Shown here one piece after another: positions 1-9,580 of a stretch of DNA of 64,000 nucleotides; position 1 is the first letter of the stretch; every line of letters starts with the position of its first letter. Source of the DNA: an uncultured delta proteobacterium (lineage in GTDB: Bacteria > Desulfobacterota > Binatia > UBA9968); contig CAVUVW010000013.1 in assembly GCA_963745035.1 (NCBI GenBank), positions 1,664,001-1,728,000 on the forward strand, in the 5' to 3' direction. The notes under the pieces were generated by a model. It saw nothing but the letters and a program-made list of their open reading frames with translations. It was not told the origin of the DNA and did not search any database. The position numbers and the translations under genes are program-made.

Positions 1-392
1 GATCGCGGCGTCGCTCATTTTCTTGAGGCGGGTGCTGCGCTGGTAATTTTTGTAGCGCCGGAATTGGCCGCGGTTGAGCCACAGGCCGTCGCAGTGGCGG
101 CAGCGGCTGCAGTTGAATGTCCTTGGGCAGAATCGGGTCGGCGAAGATTGCAAGCTCATCGGCGCAGCGCGGGCAATAAAGAGTCTTTTCGCAAGTGTGA
201 CTTTATCGCGCAGCAGACCTTCATCGAGCGGATCGAGTGTCTAGCTTCGTCGCCGTCGAGCGGAAAGAGCTCCCATTTGTCGCACCAGATGCCGCCGCAC
301 CGGCCGCACTGGTCGATTTGAATGAGTGACCCGGGCGTCGCCCGCGCCGTCACCTCGGCCATCTCTCGGCTGCACTGAGGACACTGGAGCAA
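1..392 (-). CDS. Double zinc-ribbon (zf-TFIIB-like) protein, frameshifted, runs off the left edge
   Basis: CPQC...CGRCGGIWCD in ORF 156-392. A second ribbon, YCPRC...CRHCDGLWLNRG, is readable downstream after frame changes. Lies directly after the M48 gene. Confidence 0.7.
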
Positions 393-406
393 AATGCGCC
401 TCGCCT

Positions 407-1399
407 TTACGAAATGGCCGCGACGCCCGTTTCCCGCATGCGAGAAAGCTCGGATTCACCGTGCGGGATGCCTGCCATTTGATACAGCAACTGTATCCTC
501 CGCCCGATCGGCGGATGGCTGGCGAGCAGATCCGCCACCTTGCCGTCGCGGTCGTCCGCCGCGCGCCGCAGCGGATTGACAAAGAACAAATGCGCCGTGC
601 CCCGCGTCGCTTTGTGAAACGGCATGGCCGCGGCGCCGATCTTCTCCAACGCCCGCGCCAAGCCGACCGGATTGCGGGTGTACTGGACCGCGGTGGCGTC
701 GGCCAGATACTCCCGCTGGCGCGACACCGCCATCGCCAGCAGCCGCGCGATCAGCGGCGAGAAGGCGATCAAGAGCAGCAGCGGAAGAAACACCAGCGGA
801 TTTTTCCGGCTCAGATGCCGGCCCGTGCGCGCGCTGTAAAAACCCCGCCCGCCCCAGTCGGCAAGCACCGCGATGCCGCCCAAAAGCACGCTCACCAGAG
901 TCATGAGGAGAATATCCTCGTTGCGAATATGTGAGATCTCGTGCGCCACTACGCCTTGGGTTTCCTCCCGGTCGAGCAGGGTCAACAAGCCGGTCGTTAT
1001 GCAAATCGCCGCGTTCTTTTCGTTGGTGCCCGTGGCCAGCGCGTTGGGCGCCGGATCGAAGATCACGTACACCCGCGGCATCGCCGAACCCGACGCCAGC
1101 GCCATTTCGGTCACCACGTTGTGGAGCTCGCGGTGCTCGGGAGTTTTCAAGTTCAGCTTCTCGGCGCCGAGAGAGGAAAGAATCATGTCGCTGCCACCGT
1201 AGTACGCCGTCAACGTCGTCGCCGTCGCTATACCGAGCGCGAAAAGAGTGGCGAACGGCAGCGCCGGTCCAGTTGGCGTGAAGGCGTCGAAATAAAGGTA
1301 ATCGACGGCCGCACCGATGACGAGGAAAAATAAGATGAAGACGGCCACCAGCGTCGCGCTCCAGCGCTGGTTGCGCGCTTGCCTGGCGGCGAAGTCCAA
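407..1399 (-). CDS. M48 (HtpX-like) membrane zinc metallopeptidase
   Basis: HEISH, PNALATG, SRQREYLAD and SHPP motifs; TM segments; follows lemA. Confidence 0.92.
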   Translation of the reverse strand: MDFAARQARNQRWSATLVAVFILFFLVIGAAVDYLYFDAFTPTGPALPFATLFALGIATATTLTAYYGGSDMILSSLGAEKLNLKTPEHRELHNVVTEMALASGSAMPRVYVIFDPAPNALATGTNEKNAAICITTGLLTLLDREETQGVVAHEISHIRNEDILLMTLVSVLLGGIAVLADWGGRGFYSARTGRHLSRKNPLVFLPLLLLIAFSPLIARLLAMAVSRQREYLADATAVQYTRNPVGLARALEKIGAAAMPFHKATRGTAHLFFVNPLRRAADDRDGKVADLLASHPPIGRRIQLLYQMAGIPHGESELSRMRETGVAAIS

Positions 1400-1432
1400 G
1401 ACTTGCGGCGGATTCAGCGGCGCTTCCCCGGC

Positions 1433-1993
1433 CTAACGAGTGAGCGAGAGATTGACGCGCGGCACGGCCTTCTCCGTCTCCGCGACTTCGAACAGTTCGC
1501 TGGGCTTGAATCCGAAAAATCCCGCAAGCATGTTCGAGGGGAAAACCTGTTGTTTGGTGTTGTACTGCGTCACCAGGTCATTGTAGTACTGGCGCGCGAA
1601 GGTAATCTGATTCTCGGTGGTCGTCAGCTCTTCTTGCAGATCCAAAACGTTCTTGTTGGCCTTGAGGTCCGGATAGTTTTCCATCAGGGCGAATATTTTG
1701 CCCAACGACTGATTGAGGACGTTTTCCGCTTCGGCAGTCTCCTTCGCGCCTTTGGAGCCCATCGCCTGACTGCGCGCCTCGATGACTTTCTGTAAAGTAT
1801 CCTGCTCGTGCTGCATGTACCCTTTGACGGTTTCGACGAGGTTGGGGATCAGGTCGTAGCGCCGCTTGAGCTGAACGTCGATCTGCCGCCAGGCGTTTTG
1901 AATTCTCAAGCGCAGCGCGGTGAGCGCGTTGTAGGTCAAAATGATCCAGATGCCGAGCGACGAAGATGATGCGCCCAAATGATAAAACATCAT
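1433..1993 (-). CDS. lemA: LemA family protein
   Basis: AWRQIDVQLKRRYDLIPNLVETVKGY, ENYPDLKAN and RQYYND motifs. The N-terminal TM segment looks locally scrambled. Confidence 0.95.
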   Translation of the reverse strand: MMFYHLGASSSSLGIWIILTYNALTALRLRIQNAWRQIDVQLKRRYDLIPNLVETVKGYMQHEQDTLQKVIEARSQAMGSKGAKETAEAENVLNQSLGKIFALMENYPDLKANKNVLDLQEELTTTENQITFARQYYNDLVTQYNTKQQVFPSNMLAGFFGFKPSELFEVAETEKAVPRVNLSLTR

Positions 1994-3018
1994 AGGCTGC
2001 GCAATCCTCCCGTCTCATCACGGAACAGTATCGCCTTGGTGACGTCGCGCACGCGCGCCACGCCGGTCATCGTCAGCACGCGCTGCATCTCCTCGGCGAG
2101 GATGTTGTACACGCGCTCGACGCCGCGCGCGCCGAAGGCGCCGACGCCCCAGGCCACCGGCCTGCCGACCAGCACCGCTTTGGCGCCGAGCGCCAACGCT
2201 TTGACGATGTCGCCGCCGCTGCGGATGCCGCTGTCGAGCAGCACCGGCACTTTGCCGTTGGCCGCATCGACCACTTCCGGCAGAGCCTCGAGCGCTGAGC
2301 GGTTGAAGTCGAGGATGCGCCCGCCGTGATTGGACACCACCAGCGCGTCGGCGCCGGAATTGATCGCGACCTGCGCGTCGTCGGCGCCCATGATGCCCTT
2401 GACGACCACGGGCAAGTCCACCTGCTGCTTCATCCACTCGATGTCTTTCGGCGTCGACTTGTGTCCCTTGCGCGGCTTGCCGTCTTTGGTCGAGAGCGGC
2501 ACTTCATCGCCGATCTTCACCGGCCGCGCCGTATCCATGGTGATGCCGACCGCCGCAAAGCCGAGATCCTCGGCCGTTTTGGCGTACTCCGAAACTTCTT
2601 CTTTGCCGCGATTCATGTAAGCCATGAATACCAGCGGCGACTTGGCGGCGCTGCGCCAGCCCTTAGGGTCGAATTTGGCCGCCTGGCTGGTGAACATCAT
2701 GGCGCCGACCCGTTCGCCGCCTTGAGCAACTTCGCGCTCGGCGTCCTCGCCGATCAAGCTGAAGCTTCCGACCGGCGCGGTGATGGCCGGAATCGGCAGG
2801 GTGTGGCCGAAGAGCTCCACCGAAATATCGGGCTCGGCGACGTCATGAAAGATCTTCTGGCGGAAAAGATACTGGCGGAAAGCGCGCGGATTGCGATGAA
2901 ACGTCGCCTTGGTCTCCGCCGCGCCGTTGAAATGCTTCCAGGCTTCGGCAGGGACGCGCCGGCGCATGATCTCGCGCAGCTCGCGCAGACCCATCTGTTC
3001 GAGCGGTTTTTCGGTCAT
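1990..3018 (-). CDS. FMN-dependent alpha-hydroxy acid oxidase/dehydrogenase family protein
   Basis: VVKG, SNHGGR, DSGIRSGGD and KALALGA..VGRP motifs. Confidence 0.9.
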   Translation of the reverse strand: MTEKPLEQMGLRELREIMRRRVPAEAWKHFNGAAETKATFHRNPRAFRQYLFRQKIFHDVAEPDISVELFGHTLPIPAITAPVGSFSLIGEDAEREVAQGGERVGAMMFTSQAAKFDPKGWRSAAKSPLVFMAYMNRGKEEVSEYAKTAEDLGFAAVGITMDTARPVKIGDEVPLSTKDGKPRKGHKSTPKDIEWMKQQVDLPVVVKGIMGADDAQVAINSGADALVVSNHGGRILDFNRSALEALPEVVDAANGKVPVLLDSGIRSGGDIVKALALGAKAVLVGRPVAWGVGAFGARGVERVYNILAEEMQRVLTMTGVARVRDVTKAILFRDETGGLRSL

Positions 3019-3024
3019 GGAACC

Positions 3025-3876
3025 TCAATTCTGCGAGGCGACCTCCCAGCAGTTGGTGCCGGGATCGCGGAAACAAAAGGATGCCGAGCCGTTCTGCTCT
3101 TGCAAAGGAAAGAGTTCGGTGATGCCCAACTCCTCGGCGCGCTCGCTGAACTCGCGATGAGCGTCTTCGACCGCGGCTCGGGATTCCACCGCCAGGGTGT
3201 TGCGAAAGTTCGGCGAAAACACTTTTGGATTTTCGCGCAGGGCGCAAACGATGAAAGTCTTGGTACTCGGATGCTTCAGGTAGATCACGTGGCTGCTGAA
3301 TCGATGCACATCGAGATTCAAAACGCTGGTGTAGAAATTCTTGCTGACTTCCATATCGCAAGAGACCAGTGTTCCGTGGGTGAACGCCTGCGGCACGTAG
3401 CCTCGGCCCGGAAATCGCTCTTCAGGATAAACTTCTTCCCAGTGGGGTTTTTTCACGCCGCCGAACTTTTGCGCGGTCGCTTCCTTGCGCGCGAAATCTT
3501 CGTAGCACTCGATTTCCCAACCGTTGGTGCCGGGCTCGACGAAGTAGCAGGAATACGAGCCATGGCTCCAGGTCGGCTTGCCGATGGCGCCGAGCTTGTA
3601 CTGCGCTTTGTGCGCGTTCAGATACTCGTAAGCCTTATCGACCTCTTCTTTGGTGGTCACGCGCACGCCCCAGTGATTGTGCATGGGCTTGGCCGGCGCG
3701 TCGGGCCCGGCCTCGTGCAGCACCAGCACCCACGGAGAATTGGGATGCTTGAGGGTCGCCTCGCCGGCTGTTTCAGAGATCTTCTCGAAGGCCAGCAAAT
3801 CGGTCATCACCGCGAGCGATTCCCGCAGATCGCGGCATTCCATGTGGGTTTTTGAGAGCGCGATGGGCTTGATCAT
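3025..3876 (-). CDS. Tandem VOC (glyoxalase/bleomycin resistance fold) protein
   Basis: Two repeats ending YFVEPGTNGWEIE and FRDPGTNCWEV; GAGG upstream of ATG 3876. Confidence 0.82.
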   Translation of the reverse strand: MIKPIALSKTHMECRDLRESLAVMTDLLAFEKISETAGEATLKHPNSPWVLVLHEAGPDAPAKPMHNHWGVRVTTKEEVDKAYEYLNAHKAQYKLGAIGKPTWSHGSYSCYFVEPGTNGWEIECYEDFARKEATAQKFGGVKKPHWEEVYPEERFPGRGYVPQAFTHGTLVSCDMEVSKNFYTSVLNLDVHRFSSHVIYLKHPSTKTFIVCALRENPKVFSPNFRNTLAVESRAAVEDAHREFSERAEELGITELFPLQEQNGSASFCFRDPGTNCWEVASQN

Positions 3877-3905
3877 GGCCGTCCTCACATGCCAGTCGTG
3901 GGGAA

Positions 3906-3934
3906 AATTTACAGCGCTCCGCCTACCCTGTCAA
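3906..3934 (-). promoter_or_regulatory. Putative sigma70 promoter for the leftward operon
   Basis: TTGACA-N17-TAAATT on the minus strand. Confidence 0.6.
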
Positions 3935-3935
3935 A

Positions 3936-3968
3936 TGAGATACTCCCGACACAGTCGGGAGTATCTCA
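3936..3968. promoter_or_regulatory. Perfect 15-bp inverted repeat (operator or REP-like)
   Basis: TGAGATACTCCCGAC-aca-GTCGGGAGTATCTCA between divergent promoters. Confidence 0.55.
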
Positions 3969-4033
3969 CCCTGAACAAAGTGAAGGGCTTGCTTTTCTCG
4001 TCAATCACACGACATAGCTGGCTCAAATCCAGC

Positions 4034-4062
4034 TTGACACAAAACAGCCTTTTCCTTAGATT
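4034..4062 (+). promoter_or_regulatory. Putative sigma70 promoter for the Bug cluster
   Basis: TTGACA-N17-TAGATT. Confidence 0.6.
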
Positions 4063-4095
4063 CGCGCAGCTTTGCGGAAAGAGGAGAGCCCGGTA

Positions 4096-5124
4096 ATGAA
4101 AATGCGCTGCGTCTTGTTGATTTTCGTTCTGTTCGCCTTGCTGATGTCCGGCGCGGTCTCCGGTTTCGCGCAAGAATCGTTCTACAAGGGCAAAACCATC
4201 CGCATGATCGTCGGCACTTCGGCCGGCGGAGGATTCGACACATACACGCGCACCCTGGCGCGCCATTTCGGCAAGCATGTGTCTGGACAGCCGGCGATCG
4301 TGGTCGAAAACATGCCCGGCGCCGGTCATTTGATTGCCGCCAACCACATGTTCAAGGTCGCCAAGCCCGACGGTTTGACCGTCGGCCACTTTCATGGCGG
4401 CTGGTTTCTCTATCAACTCTTTCAACGCCCCGGCATCGAGTTCGACGCCATGCAGTTCGAATTCGTCGGCTCGCCGATCAAGGAGAGCCGCGCCTGCGCG
4501 TTTACCAAAGCGAGCGGCATCACCAGCGTCGAGAGATGGCTCGCGTCCAAGACGCCGGTAAAAGTCGGCGGCATCGGCGGCGGTGCGCCCGACGACATGG
4601 CGCGCATGCTGGCGGCGACCACCGCGCTGCCGATTCAGCTCGTCACCGGATACAAGGGCACGGCGGAAATCCGTCTCGCCGCCGAGAGCGGCGAGCTCGC
4701 CGGCGGCTGCTGGACTTGGGATTCGATTCGCGCGACGTGGAGCAAAGCGATTCAGTCCGGCGAAGCCGTTGTCGTTCTCCAGGCCGTGGGCAAACCGCAT
4801 CCGGAGCTGCCCCGCGTGCCGCTGGCGCAGAGTTTGGCCAAGAACGACGAGGCGCGCCAACTCCTCAAGGCCGGCGTGCAAGACCCCGCCGATTTTTACC
4901 GCCCCTACGTCACACCGCCGCGCACTCCCAAGCAGCGGGTCGAAACCTTGCGCCAGGCTTTCGATGTGACGATGAAGGACCCGGAGTTTTTAGCCGACGC
5001 CAAAAAAGCCAATCTCGATCTGGAGCCTATCACCGGCTTGGAAATGGAACGGATCGTTTCCGGAATTTTTAAGCTCGATCCGGCGCTGACGGCAAAATTG
5101 AAAAGCATCTTGAATCCGAGCTGA
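4096..5124 (+). CDS. Bug/TctC family tripartite tricarboxylate transporter substrate-binding protein
   Basis: Signal peptide; GTSAGGGFD, VENMPGAG, KPDGLT and GYKGT motifs; GAGGAG RBS. Confidence 0.92.
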   Translation: MKMRCVLLIFVLFALLMSGAVSGFAQESFYKGKTIRMIVGTSAGGGFDTYTRTLARHFGKHVSGQPAIVVENMPGAGHLIAANHMFKVAKPDGLTVGHFHGGWFLYQLFQRPGIEFDAMQFEFVGSPIKESRACAFTKASGITSVERWLASKTPVKVGGIGGGAPDDMARMLAATTALPIQLVTGYKGTAEIRLAAESGELAGGCWTWDSIRATWSKAIQSGEAVVVLQAVGKPHPELPRVPLAQSLAKNDEARQLLKAGVQDPADFYRPYVTPPRTPKQRVETLRQAFDVTMKDPEFLADAKKANLDLEPITGLEMERIVSGIFKLDPALTAKLKSILNPS

Positions 5125-5167
5125 AGTATCGTCGTCAAATCTACGTATGCTGCAAAGGAACCGAACC

Positions 5168-6190
5168 ATGAAGAAATTGTTTTTTCTCTTTGTGTGCGCG
5201 CTCGGCGTTCTTGCCTTCCACGGCGCTCAGGCCTTTGGTCAGGCGAACTTCTACGAAAACAAGACCATCCGGATGATCGTCGGTTTCACCGCCGGCGGCG
5301 GTTACGACGCCTACACGCGCACGATCGGCCGCCACATGGGCAAACATATTCCCGGCAATCCGGCGATCTTGGTGGAGAACATGCCCGGCGCCGGCAGCAT
5401 GATCTCCGCCAACTACACCTTCAAAGCGGCAAAGCCCGACGGCCTGACGATCGGCCATTTCATCGGCGGCCTGTTTCTCCAGCAACTCTTGGGCAAGCCC
5501 GGCATCGAGTTCGACGCCAGCCAGTTTCAGTACATCGGAGTTCCGGGCCAGGATAATTTCGTCATCGGCGTCGCCAAGTCGACGGGGATCACCGACGTCG
5601 ATTCCTGGTTGGCTTCGAAACAGGTCGTAAAATTCGGCGGCGTCGCGTCCGGTTCCGGCTCGGACGATGTTCCAAACATACTGAAAGCGACCCTCGGATT
5701 CCCCATCCAGCTGGTCTCGGGATATAAAGGCACCGCCGACGTTCGACTCGCGTTTAACAGCGGCGAAGTCGCCGGCCTCAGCAATTCATGGGAGTCGACG
5801 AAATCCACCTGGCGCAAAGAATTGGAGAGCGGCGATCTCAAACTGGTACTGCAGGCAACCCTCAAGCCGCACCCGGAATTTCCCAAGCTACCGATGGCGC
5901 TGAATTATGCTAAGACGGACGAAGCCAAGCGGCTGATCTCGACAGTCGCGCGCGTGCACGGCCCGACGGTCAGGCCCTATGTCTTGCCGCCGAATACCCC
6001 CAAGGACCGCGTGCAGATCATTCGCAAGGCGTTCATGGACACGATGAAAGATCCCGATTTTCTCGCTGAAGCCAAGAAGGCCAATCTCGACATCAATCCC
6101 GACGACGGCGCGACCCTCGAACAGAATGTCAAAGAGATCTTGAAGCTGGAACCCGCGCTGATCGCCAAGCTCAAGGAAATTCTGAAGTAG
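5168..6190 (+). CDS. Bug/TctC family substrate-binding protein
   Basis: GFTAGGGYD, VENMPGAG, KPDGLT and GYKGT motifs. Confidence 0.92.
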   Translation: MKKLFFLFVCALGVLAFHGAQAFGQANFYENKTIRMIVGFTAGGGYDAYTRTIGRHMGKHIPGNPAILVENMPGAGSMISANYTFKAAKPDGLTIGHFIGGLFLQQLLGKPGIEFDASQFQYIGVPGQDNFVIGVAKSTGITDVDSWLASKQVVKFGGVASGSGSDDVPNILKATLGFPIQLVSGYKGTADVRLAFNSGEVAGLSNSWESTKSTWRKELESGDLKLVLQATLKPHPEFPKLPMALNYAKTDEAKRLISTVARVHGPTVRPYVLPPNTPKDRVQIIRKAFMDTMKDPDFLAEAKKANLDINPDDGATLEQNVKEILKLEPALIAKLKEILK

Positions 6191-6230
6191 CTCATCTCGA
6201 ATCCGAGAGAAGCGGGGATATGAGGCGCCT

Positions 6231-7244
6231 ATGGGTCGGATCAGTCTTATTTGCTTCGTGCTGCTCGCCGCTTGGCCGGCAGGCGCCCGCGCGCAAGCCA
6301 ACTTCTACGAAGGAAAAACCGTTCGTATCATCGTCGGTCTGGCGGCCGGCGGCGGCTACGATCTTTACGCGCGCACGCTTGCCCGCCACTTCGGCAAACA
6401 TATTCCGGGGAATCCCGCCGTCGTTGTCGAGAACATGACCGGCGCGGGAAGCATTATCGCTGCCAATCATCTATACAAGATCGCCAAGCCGGACGGCCTG
6501 ACCATCGGACACTATCTCGGCGGCATCGCGCTGCAGCAACTGCTCGGTAAATCCGGCATCGAATTCGACGCCCGGCGGTTCCGATACATCGGCGTGCCGG
6601 CGCAGGACAACTTCATCATCGGCGTGCACAAGTCGACGGGCATCACCGACGTCAACGCCTGGATCGCGTCCAAGCAGATGGTCAAGTTCGGCGGCATCGG
6701 CCCAGGCGCGGGCAGCGACGATATTCCAAAAATATTGGCCGCGACGATCAACCTTCCCGCCCAGGTCGTTTCCGGCTACAAGGGCACCGCGGACACGCGT
6801 TTGGCGTTCAACAACGGTGAAGTTCAGGCAACCAGCAACGCGTGGGAGTCGACGAAATCCACGTGGAAAAATGAGCTCAATTCGGGCTTACTCAAAGTCG
6901 TTTTGCAGGCAAACCTCAAGTCTCACCCTGAGTTGAAAAATATTCCCGTATCCTACGAAATGGCCAAAAGCGACGAAGCCAAAATTCTCATGGCGACGGT
7001 CTTGCGCGCCAATAGCCCGACGGTCCGTCCTTTCATGGCCCCGCCGGGTACGCCCGAGGATCGAGTGCAGATCTTGCGCAAGGCATTCATGGCAACAATG
7101 ACTGACCCTGAGCTCATGGCGGAAGCGAAGAAGGCAAACCTCGACATCAATCCTCTCGATGGCGCGGAGCTCGAGCAAAATGTCCGGGAGATCTTCAAGG
7201 TCGAACCGCCGCTCGTCGCCAAGCTCAAAGAAATTTTGAAGTAA
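6231..7244 (+). CDS. Bug/TctC family substrate-binding protein
   Basis: GLAAGGGYD and VENMTGAG motifs; close paralog of the previous gene (shared SNxWESTKSTW). Confidence 0.92.
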   Translation: MGRISLICFVLLAAWPAGARAQANFYEGKTVRIIVGLAAGGGYDLYARTLARHFGKHIPGNPAVVVENMTGAGSIIAANHLYKIAKPDGLTIGHYLGGIALQQLLGKSGIEFDARRFRYIGVPAQDNFIIGVHKSTGITDVNAWIASKQMVKFGGIGPGAGSDDIPKILAATINLPAQVVSGYKGTADTRLAFNNGEVQATSNAWESTKSTWKNELNSGLLKVVLQANLKSHPELKNIPVSYEMAKSDEAKILMATVLRANSPTVRPFMAPPGTPEDRVQILRKAFMATMTDPELMAEAKKANLDINPLDGAELEQNVREIFKVEPPLVAKLKEILK

Positions 7245-7287
7245 GGAAAATTTTAACCTCTAATACGGACGGAACAAAAGTCTCTGA

Positions 7288-7325
7288 CGGCTTGAACGAT
7301 TGAACGTCTAGAACGTTTTGAACCG
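7288..7325. repeat. TTGAAC periodic repeat
   Basis: cttgaacgattgaacgtctagaacgttttgaacc; the family recurs at about 12 intergenic sites. Confidence 0.7.
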
Positions 7326-7340
7326 TCCGCGGGAGAAGCG

Positions 7341-7559
7341 ATGAAGATCACCATCGATCGAACCAAGTGCGACGGCTATGCCAAGTGCGTCCAAGCCGCG
7401 CCCAAAGTGTTCCGCCTCGACGCCAAGATGATCGCCGAAGTCATTGATCCCAAAGCCGACACCGACGAAAAAATCTTGCTGACAGCGAAGATCTGCCCGA
7501 CTAAAGCGATTGTTCTGGAAGAGGAAGAAAGCGGAAAGAGAATCTTTCCTACGGAATGA
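7341..7559 (+). CDS. Single-cluster ferredoxin (3Fe-4S type)
   Basis: CDGYAKC..AP...CPT in a 72-aa ORF. Confidence 0.85.
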   Translation: MKITIDRTKCDGYAKCVQAAPKVFRLDAKMIAEVIDPKADTDEKILLTAKICPTKAIVLEEEESGKRIFPTE

Positions 7560-7594
7560 CCACCGCAGTTGAGCAGCGGTAGCCTTCCGTCATT

Positions 7595-8317
7595 TTATGG
7601 CATTTCCGCCAGCAGCCGCCCATAGCCTTGCTGTGGCTGCCGCACGCGTAAACGTTTTTGAATTTCCCAACACTGCGTCACGCCGGGATGAATCACCGGC
7701 ACTCCCAGGTCCTGCTCCAACGGTTCGATGATGTCGAGGATACGCAGCTTGCCGCCTTGAAAATAGATCGCGTCGGCATCGCGATGGCGCAGGAACAAAC
7801 TTCGCGCTTGATGATAAATATCCTTCGATGACAGCCGGCCGACTTCCTCCCAAGGTCCGGGAAGTTTCGCCAATTCCAGGACATCAAAGCCAGCATCGGT
7901 AAAATAGCGCGCGACGATGCTCGTGTCATCGAAGTCGTAGCCGATGCCGACGAACTTCTTGATCGCGAGCGCTTTCATCGCGGCGACTTGATTCGTACCG
8001 GAAGTGAAGATCGGAATGCCGAACTGCTTTTCCCATTTGGCGATGAGCTCCGCCTCGCCTTTGTAGCCGAGCAGCATGAACGGCGGCGTGCCCGCGGGGT
8101 GAATCAGATCGACCTGGTCTTTCGCCAGCTCGGCGATCTTTTCCTCGTATGCTGGAATCGCCGCCTGAAATTCTTCGATCTTGCCGTGGCGCACGTTGTT
8201 GAACAGGGGAATCACTCCGATTCCGTCCGGAAGCATTTTGATCAGCTCGACGAGCGAACCGGAACCCTTGGTCGGTTTGATCATTCCGACCATGCCGCGC
8301 CAGCAATCGTATGGCAT
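7595..8317 (-). CDS. Maleate isomerase/arylmalonate decarboxylase (Asp/Glu racemase fold) family protein
   Basis: GMIKP, DADAIY and LEQDLGVPVI motifs; GYGRLL C-terminus. Confidence 0.75.
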   Translation of the reverse strand: MPYDCWRGMVGMIKPTKGSGSLVELIKMLPDGIGVIPLFNNVRHGKIEEFQAAIPAYEEKIAELAKDQVDLIHPAGTPPFMLLGYKGEAELIAKWEKQFGIPIFTSGTNQVAAMKALAIKKFVGIGYDFDDTSIVARYFTDAGFDVLELAKLPGPWEEVGRLSSKDIYHQARSLFLRHRDADAIYFQGGKLRILDIIEPLEQDLGVPVIHPGVTQCWEIQKRLRVRQPQQGYGRLLAEMP

Positions 8318-8335
8318 CCCTCTCTCCTCAGATCT

Positions 8336-9004
8336 TCAGAGTTTGGCAGCGTGGTGATTCCGGCGTGACGGCTGCAATGAGCCGTGGCTTTTGATTGCCA
8401 TGGTTGCACCACGTGCCTCGCGGGCAACGACAAACGCGGAACGAAGAAAGAGCCCGCAGATGACGGCTCCGACGATGATGTCCGGCCACGAGGAATCAAG
8501 CCTCCACACGGCAACCGAAGCTGCCAAAACAAAGCCATTTGCCGCGATATCGTTTCTCGAACAGAGCCAAACCGAGCGCATGTTGATGTCTTCGGCCCGA
8601 TGACGCCATAACAGCATGGCGCACGCCGCATTGACGAGAAGCGCCAGCGTACCGACCGCTCCCATGGCGTGATAATCGGGGACTTCAGGAAACACGAGTT
8701 TGAAAACAACTTGACCGAGAACAAAGGCGCCGAAAAGCCCCATTACGCCCGCCTTGGCTAGCGCCGCTCGCGCCTTCCAGATCGACGCTTGGCTCACGAC
8801 GTACAGGCTGAATCCGTAGACAAGCGCGTCACCCAACATGTCGAGGGAATCGGCGACCAGCGCGACCGAACCCGCAAGAAACCCCGCGACAACTTCGATG
8901 ACGAACATCGCGATGTTCAGAATCAAGACAATCCTGAGCGTCGCGGCCTGGCGCTCTCGGAGTTGCTCCAAAGTACAAGCTTTATCGTTGCAGCAATCAT
9001 CCAT
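8336..9004 (-). CDS. Cation diffusion facilitator family transporter lacking the cytoplasmic domain
   Basis: SVALVADSLDMLGDA and NMRSVWLCSRND motifs; Cys-rich N-terminus. Confidence 0.88.
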   Translation of the reverse strand: MDDCCNDKACTLEQLRERQAATLRIVLILNIAMFVIEVVAGFLAGSVALVADSLDMLGDALVYGFSLYVVSQASIWKARAALAKAGVMGLFGAFVLGQVVFKLVFPEVPDYHAMGAVGTLALLVNAACAMLLWRHRAEDINMRSVWLCSRNDIAANGFVLAASVAVWRLDSSWPDIIVGAVICGLFLRSAFVVAREARGATMAIKSHGSLQPSRRNHHAAKL

Positions 9005-9037
9005 GAAACTATTCCGGACAACCGGCGCTTGACGTGG

Positions 9038-9580
9038 TCACGAGCCGCCATGCTTGTCCCGCACCGCCTGGATATCTTCCAGGCAACTCGCGCACATGTA
9101 TGCCGCGTGCGGGAGAAAAATCAGCTCGTCGCTCTCGCGCTCCTCCATGCAGATGCCGCAGAGGCGGTTTTCCTGAGCGTGCGGCTTTGATTTGCTTTTG
9201 TGGCCGTCGGGGTCCTCGGTGAGAATATTTTTGCAGAGCTCGACGCATTCGTCGCAGATATGCACGGCCGGCCCGGCCACGAGCTTGCGCACCTCGGCCT
9301 GGCTCTTGGCGCAAAAGGAGCAACTTGCCGTTTTGACGGCGTCGTCGAACTTGGGAATGTGCGCGTCCCAATCGTCGCCGATGGCTTTCGTAAGCGTTTC
9401 CTCCAGCGCGGTGCCGATCTGCTGCAATTCGCGCGCGATCTCACCCCGTTTCGGCGCGCTTTTCGATTCGAGAAACTTGCCGACCGCCTGCTGAAATAGC
9501 CTCAAGGCGGCGCCGTATTTCTGATCGCTGACCAGATCGGCGCATTCGATAAATCCGAATTTAGAGGCCTTTGTCATCAT
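9038..9580 (-). CDS. Stand-alone ClpX C4-type zinc finger protein with a second C4 finger
   Basis: [30 protein letters not shown], then CGIC-x18-CASC; no AAA domain. Confidence 0.8.
   Translation of the reverse strand: MMTKASKFGFIECADLVSDQKYGAALRLFQQAVGKFLESKSAPKRGEIARELQQIGTALEETLTKAIGDDWDAHIPKFDDAVKTASCSFCAKSQAEVRKLVAGPAVHICDECVELCKNILTEDPDGHKSKSKPHAQENRLCGICMEERESDELIFLPHAAYMCASCLEDIQAVRDKHGGS

Noticed and set aside
2326-3855. Long antisense ORFs (also 21308-22663, 24300-25793, 19762-20895, 27089-28234)
   Set aside because: They are shadows of well-supported opposite-strand genes in GC-rich DNA and carry no recognisable motifs.
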